In this document: positions 9,759 through 18,841 of the stretch, one piece after another
Layout: each line of letters begins with the position of its first letter
Position numbering within the stretch: position 1 is the stretch's first letter
The notes under the pieces: generated by a model
Seen by the model: the letters and a program-made list of their open reading frames with translations, nothing else
What the model was told of the DNA's origin: nothing
The model's database searches: none
Program-made: the position numbers and the translations under genes
NCBI GenBank assembly: GCA_963836185.1
Contig: CAWIIQ010000002.1
Location: 160,001-224,000, forward strand
Source: Candidatus Krumholzibacteriia bacterium
GTDB taxonomy: Bacteria > Krumholzibacteriota > Krumholzibacteriia > Krumholzibacteriales > Krumholzibacteriaceae
Reading direction: 5' to 3'
Length of the DNA: 64,000 nucleotides

Positions 9759-10397
9759 GTGTTGTTGCGGACTATGAACCAGACTGGCGGCGGCGAATAT
9801 AAACTGCTCTTTCTCCTGCCCGTTTTCCCTGACACAGGCAGGGTCCTCCTGCTCGACATCGGATCAGACAGCCTGGAGCGGCGGCTCTCCGCAATGGGGA
9901 TAGAATGCCGCACGGGAAGCGTTGATGACGTGTCGCGGGATGACGCCGGCGCAGGCAGGTTCGATTTGATCGTCGCAGGCAGGATGCCGTCGGGCCGCCG
10001 GGCCATGGATATGTTCAAGCGATCGGTCGGCGGCCTTCTTACAGGTACCGGCTGGCTGGTCGTCGTCTCGCCGAACAGGTTCGGATACTCGAGGCTGGCG
10101 GGCAGAGGCGGGGGCGGCGCTGGCAGCTCGCTCGGCGCGATGCGGGGAATGGTTAGAAAGATGGGATTTACCGACATCCACATATATTCTCCGGTCCCGG
10201 ATACGGCCAATCCATCGGCCTTCATCTCGCTTTACGGATCGAATTCGCTCGAGTTCCTTCTCGGGCAGTTTCCCGATTTTATCTCGGCCCGGTCGGGCCC
10301 CGTAAGGGGTATCCTGTCGTTATTGATACGGACCGGCATATTCAGGTACGTCCAGAATTACTACGCGATAGTCGCCGGCGGGCGGGAACAGGTGTAA
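9759..10397 (+). CDS. Class I methyltransferase-fold protein, probably degenerate
   Basis: VLLLDIG, FDLIV and LL...GWLVVVSPNR pattern; glycine-rich SAM motif I is incomplete (DIGSDS). Confidence 0.5.
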   Translation: MLLRTMNQTGGGEYKLLFLLPVFPDTGRVLLLDIGSDSLERRLSAMGIECRTGSVDDVSRDDAGAGRFDLIVAGRMPSGRRAMDMFKRSVGGLLTGTGWLVVVSPNRFGYSRLAGRGGGGAGSSLGAMRGMVRKMGFTDIHIYSPVPDTANPSAFISLYGSNSLEFLLGQFPDFISARSGPVRGILSLLIRTGIFRYVQNYYAIVAGGREQV

Positions 10398-10411
10398 GAA
10401 ACAGGATCCGC

Positions 10412-11416
10412 ATGTTGTTCTATCTGAAAAATATGATCGCCGAACGCCTCGGTATCCGCGACACCGATGAAGCTGTGGTGACGAGGGTAGAGGCAGGCAC
10501 AAAAGCGGTCCTCTTCTTCTTCCTCGAGAGGGGAAGCATCGTGCCGTCTATCGTAGTCAAGGCGGCAAGCGATCCCCGTTTCAATGATGAGCTGCGCGGT
10601 GAAAGTGCGAACCTAGGATACCTCAGGGATATACTTTCAGATGGCCTGGGCGGCGGCGTTCCCGCAGTCGAGGCCGACGGGGAATGGATGGGGCTGTACT
10701 ACTACGCCCAGCGTTATTTTCCCGGTGTCATGCTCGACGAGACGATCGACGACGTCGAGCCTTCCGGGGAGGGGACTGGTCCCGGGAGGGGATTACGGGC
10801 CGCCTGGCGGTGGCTTGATGATTTCCAGGAAGCGACGGCGTCGGAGCCGGTCATGCTCGGCCGGTCCGGTCTCGATATCTTGTTCGGCTCGTACAGGGAA
10901 GCCTTCGCCCCGGAAGGGGACGAAGCGGCATATCTCGGCAGTCTCGAGAAGAGGCTGGCGGACCGCCATGAAGGGGAGACAGGCATGTCCGCCTGTCACG
11001 GGGACTTCTTTCCCGGGAATATCATCCTGTCCGGCGACCGGGTGACCGTGATCGACTGGCGGTTCCTGCGCAGGTCGTACAACCGGTTCTTCGATTTCTT
11101 CACCCTGCTCCTGACGTTTTACGCGTCCGAGGGTGGAGTGACCGACTATGATGATCACGAGGGGCATTTCAGGAGACTTTTCTTCGAGAAGCACTGGACC
11201 AACGATCTGTTCTCCGGTCTCTGCCGCGAGTTCCTGGAACGAAACGGGACCGATGCCGGACTGTTCGGACTGATGCTTGAACTGACCCTTCTCGAGTGGT
11301 CCGTCAGGGAGTTCAGATCCAGCGGAACGACAGGGGAGATGGACATCATCTGGCGCACGAGATTCCTGTACCACATGAATAACAGGGATCGCTTCATCCT
11401 CGGGAGCGTGGAGTAG
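10412..11416 (+). CDS. Aminoglycoside phosphotransferase / choline-kinase-like kinase
   Basis: VVK lysine, CHGDFFPGNI catalytic loop, VIDW metal-binding motif. Confidence 0.85.
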   Translation: MLFYLKNMIAERLGIRDTDEAVVTRVEAGTKAVLFFFLERGSIVPSIVVKAASDPRFNDELRGESANLGYLRDILSDGLGGGVPAVEADGEWMGLYYYAQRYFPGVMLDETIDDVEPSGEGTGPGRGLRAAWRWLDDFQEATASEPVMLGRSGLDILFGSYREAFAPEGDEAAYLGSLEKRLADRHEGETGMSACHGDFFPGNIILSGDRVTVIDWRFLRRSYNRFFDFFTLLLTFYASEGGVTDYDDHEGHFRRLFFEKHWTNDLFSGLCREFLERNGTDAGLFGLMLELTLLEWSVREFRSSGTTGEMDIIWRTRFLYHMNNRDRFILGSVE

Positions 11417-11419
11417 GCG

Positions 11420-13537
11420 ATGTCGAATGCGCGGAAAAAGATACGTATTTTCTCACCCCGGGAGATTGCTTTCAGGCTTTCCGAGAAGGTGCGTTTCCGC
11501 CGGGAGAGACGAGGGAAGAGGCCGCAGGTCGAGATCACGCGGGAATACCACGGCCTGAAGGACAGGTTTATACCCGTGGGGCTGTTTCCGTTCACGGGAG
11601 AGAAGGAATCGGTATGCGGCATGTGGCGCGAGGTTTTCCCCGGATCGGCAGAGGGAGAGATCGCTCTCGCTGACGGTATTCTGGAGAACCGTATTCCCGT
11701 CTTTTCGGAAAAGGTCGACTATGGCGACAGGGTGGACTGGCACCTTGATCCGGTCTCCGGGACGAGGTCGCCCGTGGTCTTCTACCGCGACATAGATACC
11801 TTCGATACATCGGTGGCGGGAGATCCCAAGCGTATCTGGGAACTCAACAGGCACGATTTCTTCATCCATCTCGGGAAGGCATACTGGATAAACGGCGATG
11901 TCAGGTATTTTGATAAATGGCGCGAATTGATCGTGTCGTGGGTGGAGGAGAACCCGTACCACATGGGGATCAACTGGGAGAGCAGCCTCGAGATGGCGTT
12001 CAGGTCGATCAACTGGATATGGTCGTCGTACTTCTTCGCGGACCGGCTGGAGGCCGACAGAGAGCTCCAGGAGCTGATTTTCGAGACTTTGTACCTGCAG
12101 GCGGACCATATCAGCAATCACCTCTCGTATTTTTTCAGTCCCAACACCCATCTGACAGGGGAGGCGCTGGGGCTCCTCTACATCGGCAGGGTGTATCCCG
12201 CGATGAAGCCCGCTGCCGCCTGGGTCTCGACGGCGGTCGATATCCTCGAAACGGAACTCGAAAAGCATATCCTCGAGGATGGCGGATATTTCGAGATGGC
12301 GACCTACTATCACAGGTACACGATCGATTTCTACCTGCATTTCTTTCTTCTTTCGGGCGGGGTCGACGGCCCGGGCCTGAAGAGGAGAGAGTATTTGAAG
12401 AAGATGGTCCGTCACCTCGTCCTTCTCTCGGAACCTGACGGGACTATTCCCCTGCTGGGCGATTCAGACGGCGGCCGGCTGCTGATGCTCGATGACCTGA
12501 AACGAAATGTCAGTGGCGCATGCTGCAGCGCGGCTGTGATACTGGGAGACGGTGAGCTCAAGTCGCTCTGCGGCTCCAGGTTCAGCGAGGAGACGATGTG
12601 GCTCCTCGGAACGGGGAGCAGGGAGAGGTTCGATGGACTGGCTGCCAGGCCGCCGGTACATTTCCATTCGATCAATGACAGTACGGGCCTGTACTGCTTC
12701 AGGAGCGGGATGACGGAGGATGACTCGTACACCCTGATCGACTGCGGTCCGCACGGCTGGAAGGGATGTGGGCACGCGCATGCCGACCTGCTCAGTTTCA
12801 TATGGTACAGCGGGGGGGAGATGGTACTGACCGATCCCGGCACCTTCACATATACAGGATCGCGGAGTATCCGCGATCAGTCCCGCAGCAGCTTGAGCCA
12901 CAACACCATCTCGGTCAACGGGCGCTCGCAGTCCGTTCCGGGAGAGCCGTTCAGGTGGAAGAGCGTCGCTGCCCCGAAATATGCCCGTGTCAGGGTAGAC
13001 AGGGAGTGCGGGAGGTTCGAGGGAGAGCACGACGCCTGGGAGGAGTTCGGCTGCGGCCACAGGAGATCGCTCTACTTCCTCGGCTCCTCCCTGACCGTGG
13101 TGATCGACGAGCTCAGCGTCTCCGGGCCGCTCGATTCGATCCTGTATAACCTGCAGTTCGGCGACGGGAAACTGAGCGAACTCAGCGGCGGCATTTTCAG
13201 GTTCGATGGAAAAGGGAGCGGCGGGAGCCGGTACGTAAGGATAATCGCCGGAGAAAAGGTCAGGGTCGACATCCGCGAGGGAGCGTTCTATCCTGACTAC
13301 GGGAAGAGGGTAGCGGCGCCGAGGCTCGAAGTGACAGCAGACCGCATCACCGAAGACCTGATGATCGTCACGCTGCTGAGCCCTGATGAGGAACTGGCCG
13401 GCAGTTTCCGGTGGAAGGATGGCCGCCGGATGGAAGGGTCCTCGCGGGCGGGCAGCTACATGCTGGAGTGCCGCGACAGAGAGATAATAGCTTTCAGGGA
13501 CGGAGAACAGGTTCTGCCTGGAAAGGTGCAGGCGTGA
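11420..13537 (+). CDS. Heparinase II/III family protein
   Basis: WELNRH, NPY..GINW, NTH...E, DGG..E...YH, GHAHAD.LS, DPG...Y, HNT motifs. Confidence 0.92.
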   Translation: MSNARKKIRIFSPREIAFRLSEKVRFRRERRGKRPQVEITREYHGLKDRFIPVGLFPFTGEKESVCGMWREVFPGSAEGEIALADGILENRIPVFSEKVDYGDRVDWHLDPVSGTRSPVVFYRDIDTFDTSVAGDPKRIWELNRHDFFIHLGKAYWINGDVRYFDKWRELIVSWVEENPYHMGINWESSLEMAFRSINWIWSSYFFADRLEADRELQELIFETLYLQADHISNHLSYFFSPNTHLTGEALGLLYIGRVYPAMKPAAAWVSTAVDILETELEKHILEDGGYFEMATYYHRYTIDFYLHFFLLSGGVDGPGLKRREYLKKMVRHLVLLSEPDGTIPLLGDSDGGRLLMLDDLKRNVSGACCSAAVILGDGELKSLCGSRFSEETMWLLGTGSRERFDGLAARPPVHFHSINDSTGLYCFRSGMTEDDSYTLIDCGPHGWKGCGHAHADLLSFIWYSGGEMVLTDPGTFTYTGSRSIRDQSRSSLSHNTISVNGRSQSVPGEPFRWKSVAAPKYARVRVDRECGRFEGEHDAWEEFGCGHRRSLYFLGSSLTVVIDELSVSGPLDSILYNLQFGDGKLSELSGGIFRFDGKGSGGSRYVRIIAGEKVRVDIREGAFYPDYGKRVAAPRLEVTADRITEDLMIVTLLSPDEELAGSFRWKDGRRMEGSSRAGSYMLECRDREIIAFRDGEQVLPGKVQA

Positions 13538-14646
13538 CGGTATCCGGCAGCGCGCAGACAGAGAACTATCCCGTACGGGAGGGATCCTCGCCGATGACCG
13601 GCCTGTACCTCTTCATCAAGAGGTCGTTCTACCGGGTCTGCAAGTGCCTCGGCCTGTTCAGCCTTGCCCGGCGCCGTGCGAGAGGAAAGCTCAGGATAAT
13701 AACCTACCACGGATTTTCGCTCGTCGACGAGAGCCGGTTCCTTCCGCGGACATTCATCGATCCTGCGACCTTCCACGAGCGTATGGCGCTGTTGAAGAGG
13801 AAAGGATTCAGCGTCCTCGGTCTGGAGGAGGCGCTCGGCCTGCTCTACGGCGGCGAGCTGCCGGCTGATCCGGTCGTTATCACTATCGACGATGGTTTCT
13901 ACAGCACATGGCGCGCCGCCTGGCCGGTCCTCAGGGAATTCTCCTATCCTGCGACCGTCTACGTGACTTCGTACTACGCGGTAAAAGAAAATCCCATATT
14001 CGGGCTCGCTGTCGATTACATATTCTGGAAGACCGACAGGACGGAATTCGATTCCGACGGCCTGGGACTGCCCTTCGGCGGCGTAATCCCGATCCGGGAT
14101 ACCCGTGAAAGATCTCTCGCCGCCAGGGATGTGATCTTCTTCGGCGAGAAGAGCCTGAGCGAGGAGGAACGGGTGGCCCTTTCGGAGAGGCTCGGAGAGA
14201 GGCTCGGGGTGGACTATTACGGGGCCCTCGCAGAGAGCCGGATACTGAGCATCATGAATGCCGGCGAGATCGGTGAACTTTCGAGGGCCGGCATCGACAT
14301 CGAGCTTCACACACATCGCCATGATATCGGCACGCGACGGGAGGACGCCGTGCGGGAGATAGGTGAATGCCGCGCCGTGCTCGAGCCCATCACCGGCAGG
14401 AAGCTGGAGCATTTCTGTTTTCCCGGCGGCCGGTGGTCCGGGAGCCATCAGGCGTGGCTCGAGGAACTAGGCATCCGGAGCGCCGCGACGTGCGACAGGG
14501 GACTGAACGATCGATCGACGTCGAGGTTCGGGCTCAAGCGTTTCGGTGACGACGCGGCCCTGTCGCGGATCGAATTCGAGGCAGAACTTTACGGTTTCGC
14601 GGAGGCCATAAGGTCCATCCAGGCCCGGCTGCGCCGGGGCAGCTGA
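13534..14646 (+). CDS. Polysaccharide deacetylase (NodB/CE4)
   Basis: IITYHG, ITIDDG, ELHTHRH, FCFPGG; GTG start overlaps the upstream TGA. Confidence 0.88.
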   Translation: MTVSGSAQTENYPVREGSSPMTGLYLFIKRSFYRVCKCLGLFSLARRRARGKLRIITYHGFSLVDESRFLPRTFIDPATFHERMALLKRKGFSVLGLEEALGLLYGGELPADPVVITIDDGFYSTWRAAWPVLREFSYPATVYVTSYYAVKENPIFGLAVDYIFWKTDRTEFDSDGLGLPFGGVIPIRDTRERSLAARDVIFFGEKSLSEEERVALSERLGERLGVDYYGALAESRILSIMNAGEIGELSRAGIDIELHTHRHDIGTRREDAVREIGECRAVLEPITGRKLEHFCFPGGRWSGSHQAWLEELGIRSAATCDRGLNDRSTSRFGLKRFGDDAALSRIEFEAELYGFAEAIRSIQARLRRGS

Positions 14647-14680
14647 AAAAAGTCGAAAGCCGCCGCATTTGAACGATAAG

Positions 14681-14696
14681 TGGCATCATTATTGAT
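14681..14696 (+). promoter_or_regulatory. Possible sigma54 promoter (variant -12)
   Basis: TGGCATCATTATTGAT upstream of asnB. Confidence 0.4.
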
Positions 14697-14745
14697 TGTC
14701 TGATATTTATTGCGGAGAAACAGGAAATCGGTCCGGGGGAGAACC

Positions 14746-16610
14746 ATGTGCGGCATATTCGGGATATATAGCCTGGACGGGCGCGGCGTCGATGAGCGGG
14801 AATCGGCGCGCATGCTCGATTTGCTGTCTCACAGGGGGCCCGACGGGAAAGGGACCTTCTGCGATGATCGAGTATTCCTCGGGCACGCGAGACTCAGCAT
14901 CATAGATGTCGAGGGAGGCAGCCAGCCGATCTTCAGCGAGGACGGGAACATCGCCATAGTCGGGAACGGCGAGATCTACAATCACGAGGAACTGCGGCGC
15001 GGCCTGATCAGCAGGGGGCACACTTTCAAGACGCGTTCCGATATCGAAGTGCTCGTTCACCTCTACGAAGAGGAGAAGGAGGGTTTTCTCGACAAGCTCA
15101 ACGGGATGTTCGCTTTCGCCATCTACGACAGGAGGGCGGGCGAGCTCTTCATCGCGCGTGACAGGATAGGGATCAAGCCGCTTTACTACTATTATGACGG
15201 CGGCAGACTGATCTTTTCATCCGAGATGAAGGCGATCATCAAGTCGGGACTTATCCCTCTCGAGGTAAACGATACCGTCGTATACCAGTTTCTCACGCTT
15301 CATTTTTCCGTGCCTCCTGATACCCTGATCAAGGGGATCCAGTCGCTGAGACCGGGTCATTACATCTTCGCCGGACGCGGGGAGCCGCAGCAGAAGCAGT
15401 ACTGGGATATCAGCCCCGACCCGGACGAACCGCCCCTGCCTCCCGCGGAGTCACTCCGGGAAGTCGAATCGCTTCTGATCGATTCGGTCGAGAAGAGACT
15501 GATGAGCGACGTGCCCCTCGGGCTTTATCTCAGCGGCGGGATAGACTCGAGCCTCATCGCCGCGCTGATGCACAATATGGTAGGCGACGGGATAAAGACC
15601 TTCTCTATCGGTTACCGCGAAAAGGAATACTCTGAGCTGCCCTGGGCGAAAAAGGTCAGCGAGATGATCTCCTCCGACCATACGGAAGTCATCGTCTCTC
15701 CTGACGAGATAAAGCACAATATCGAGGATGTCATATGGTACCGCGAGACACCGATCTCCGAGCCCGCTGATATCCCGATATTCATGCTCAGCCGGGCCGC
15801 GGCGAAGAAGGTCAAGGTCGTCCTTACCGGGGAGGGGGGGACGAGGTATTCGCAGGATACCACAAGTATGTCTTCGAGGACTGGGCGCGCAAAGCGGCGC
15901 TACTGAGGAATCCAGCCGCACGGGCGATGCTGATGAATCCCATGGCGCAGAAGATGTTTCCGCAGAGGATCAATACAGCCCTCGATCTCTTTTCGGAGAA
16001 GGACAGGTTTCGAAGGTACTACAGGTGGTTCAGCTATTTCAGGGACGAGGAGCTGCGCGGCATGGTCAAGCCCGGGAGGGCCGGATTCGTGTCGGGAAGG
16101 AACTTCTACAGGGAGATAGCTGGGGACAGGAGATTCAGGAACGGCCTCGACGAGATGCAGTATCTCGATGTCAAGGTATGGCTGCCCGATAACCTCCTTC
16201 TCAGGGGAGACAGGATGTCGATGGCTTCCGGCCTGGAGGCTCGTGTGCCCTTTCTCGATCACAGGCTCGTCGAGCTGAGCTATCGCCTCGGCATGTCGAT
16301 GAAGGTGAGGAAAAATTCAGGCAAGTACGTCATAAAGAAGATCGCCGAGAAATATCTTGATAAGGAAATAATCTACCGGAAAAAGGTTGGTTTCGCCGTG
16401 CCGGTCAGCGACTGGCTGCGGACCGACCTGAGGGATTTTCTGCAGGATCATCTGACGCGGAGCAATTCGTTCAGCGGAGGGATCTTCAGGAAAGAGAGTA
16501 TTGAGACGATGATCGACGACCATGCGTCAGGCAGGATGGACAACCACAAGAAGCTGTGGATCCTTCTTAACCTTGAGCTTTGGTACGACCAGTTCATCGG
16601 CGGCGCGTAA
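14746..16610 (+). pseudogene. asnB: Asparagine-synthase-like glutamine amidotransferase, frameshifted at a G7 tract (15834-15840)
   Basis: MCGIFG, HRGPD, NGEIYN, LSGGIDS in the first frame. LTGEGG|DEVFAGY needs one extra G. GLEARVPFLDH and RKKVGF follow in the second frame. Could be a sequencing error. Confidence 0.88.
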
Positions 16611-16628
16611 GACGCCGCAGGGAGAGCC

Positions 16629-17786
16629 ATGCTGACCGGCAGGGACATCATATGCTTCTCGAACGACTGGAGGAACGATCCGACCAGCAAGCACCAGATC
16701 ATGAAGATCCTTTCGAGGGAGAACAGGATAATCTGGGTCAATTCGATCGGCCTGAGGACCCCCACCATGGGCGCGGGAGACGCCAGGCGGATATTGAACA
16801 AGCTCAAGTCGTTCTTCCGCGGGATGGAAAGGGTCAATGAGAACCTGTACGTATACACGCCGATCGTCATCCCCTTCCACCGGATCGGGATCGTCCGCTC
16901 GATCAACGCGTTCATCCTCAAGCTCGCTCTCAACTCGTATATCCGCAGGCTCGGGATGAAAGACGTCATATGCTGGTCATATCTTCCCAACGCGGGCTAT
17001 ATAATAGAGAAGCTGAAACCGAAGACGATCGTTTATCACTGCGTGGACGAGTGGAGCAAGTTCTCATTCATCGATGACAGGATCGTCGAACAGGAGAGGG
17101 AGCTGTGCGAAATGTCCGATGTCGTCTTCGCTTCGGCGAGGACACTCTATGAGAGCAGAAAGCCTTACAATCCGAACACGCACTATATCCCGCACGGGGT
17201 CGACTACGAATATTTCCACGAGAGGAAAACGGCCGATTTGCCCCTTCCGGAGGATATGGCAGGTATCGGACACCCCATAGCGGGCTTCTTCGGCCTGATA
17301 CACGAGTGGATCGATCTCGACCTGCTCGCCCGTATCGCGAAGGATAATCCTGAAGTAAGCTTCGTCTACATCGGCAAGTATTCGGTCGATGTCGGCGCCG
17401 TCGACGCCTTCCCCAACACTCATTTCCTCGGGCAGAAGGAGTACAGCGAACTGATCGATTACGCGAAGCACTTCGATGTCGGGCTGATCCCCTTCAAGAT
17501 CAATGACCTGACCATCGCGGTGAATCCGATCAAGCTGAAGGAATACCTCGCTCTGGGGATCCCCGTCATTTCCGTCGGCCTCCCGGAAGTCAAGGCTTAC
17601 GGGCATGTCGTGCATGTGGCTGAAGACTACGGCCAGTTCGACAGTGCGCTGAAGGATGAGATCTCTGGCCGCCACAAGGTGACCTTCGAGCAGCTCGATG
17701 CCGTGGCGAGGGGGGAGACCTGGGACAGGAAGGTAGACGAGATATCCGGGATGATCACCGATGCGGAAGCGGGCCGCGACGGCTGA
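16629..17786 (+). CDS. Glycosyltransferase (GT4/TuaH-like)
   Basis: YHCVDE, HGVD, DVGLIPF, NPIKLKEYLA.G.PV. Confidence 0.9.
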   Translation: MLTGRDIICFSNDWRNDPTSKHQIMKILSRENRIIWVNSIGLRTPTMGAGDARRILNKLKSFFRGMERVNENLYVYTPIVIPFHRIGIVRSINAFILKLALNSYIRRLGMKDVICWSYLPNAGYIIEKLKPKTIVYHCVDEWSKFSFIDDRIVEQERELCEMSDVVFASARTLYESRKPYNPNTHYIPHGVDYEYFHERKTADLPLPEDMAGIGHPIAGFFGLIHEWIDLDLLARIAKDNPEVSFVYIGKYSVDVGAVDAFPNTHFLGQKEYSELIDYAKHFDVGLIPFKINDLTIAVNPIKLKEYLALGIPVISVGLPEVKAYGHVVHVAEDYGQFDSALKDEISGRHKVTFEQLDAVARGETWDRKVDEISGMITDAEAGRDG

Positions 17787-17791
17787 AGCCG

Positions 17792-18838
17792 CTACCCTGA
17801 CAGTAGATCCATGTAGAAATCGCAGACTGCGCCTATGTTGTCGCTGTGTGCTTCCGACGGGCCCCGGTCCGTTTCCGGCGCCTCGAGGAGCCTTTCGACA
17901 GCTTCACGCAGAGCCTCCGTATCGGAAAGCGGTATAAGGGTCACTTCGTCCGGGCGCATCCCCGTGTCGGTCGCGATGACCGGGGTTCCGAGGTGGATCG
18001 CCTCGCGCACCGATATGGCGTCCCCGTCATAAGCCGTCGTTCGCAGGAAGAGGTCGGCCCGGTCGATCATGTGCATCGTGACTGGATGCGGCACGTCCCC
18101 GCAGAGCATGATGTGGTCGGAGTACGGTTTCGAAGAGATCAGTTCCCTGAGCTCATCCTCGATGCTTCCCGATCCCACTATCACGAGGCCGGCGCCGGGA
18201 TGTCTCTCCAGTATCTTCCCGAGAACATCTATCTGTGACGGCAGTACGTATTCCGGCTCGAGCAGGCCCGCCGTGATGAGGACGGGACTGTGTCGGTCGA
18301 GGAATCCGCTGATCGGTTCCGGGACGGTCACGCTCTCATCGAGCGATGGCAGTTCGTAGGGCAGGATCAGCCTGATCCGCTCCCCGCCGACGCCGAACCT
18401 GATGAAGAGATCGACTATAGCCTCGTTGACAGCGATGATCCCGTCGAATCTTCTGAAGATGAATCCCCTGACCGTCGCGGGTGATGCGGTCTTTCCCTCC
18501 TTCGAGCCGGGGTAGCCGCCGGAATGGAAGGTCAGCACGGCCCTGCTTCCCCGCATCATGCAGCATACGAGGCTGAGCAGAAGCAGGCGGCCCGTGAGGT
18601 TGCCGCCGATATGAAGGTGGAGGATATCGTACTTGAGCTTCAGAAGAAGGCTTATCAGCTGAAGAGGATTTTTCGGATAGTAGAACCCGTCGCCGTCCTC
18701 GCCCCTGTGACGGGTAAGGTTGATGACTTCCGAGCTGTCACCGCGCGAGACGAGGCACTTGTGGATAGCCACGAGATTGTACTGCACACCGCCGTGTGGA
18801 GGTGGCAGGGGACCAAGTTGCAGGATTCTCATAGCCAT
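17792..18838 (-). CDS. Glycosyltransferase family 4
   Basis: GPLPPPHGGV, TFHSG, YDGDAISVREA..LGTPVIATD. Confidence 0.9.
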   Translation of the reverse strand: MAMRILQLGPLPPPHGGVQYNLVAIHKCLVSRGDSSEVINLTRHRGEDGDGFYYPKNPLQLISLLLKLKYDILHLHIGGNLTGRLLLLSLVCCMMRGSRAVLTFHSGGYPGSKEGKTASPATVRGFIFRRFDGIIAVNEAIVDLFIRFGVGGERIRLILPYELPSLDESVTVPEPISGFLDRHSPVLITAGLLEPEYVLPSQIDVLGKILERHPGAGLVIVGSGSIEDELRELISSKPYSDHIMLCGDVPHPVTMHMIDRADLFLRTTAYDGDAISVREAIHLGTPVIATDTGMRPDEVTLIPLSDTEALREAVERLLEAPETDRGPSEAHSDNIGAVCDFYMDLLSG

Positions 18839-18841
18839 CGG

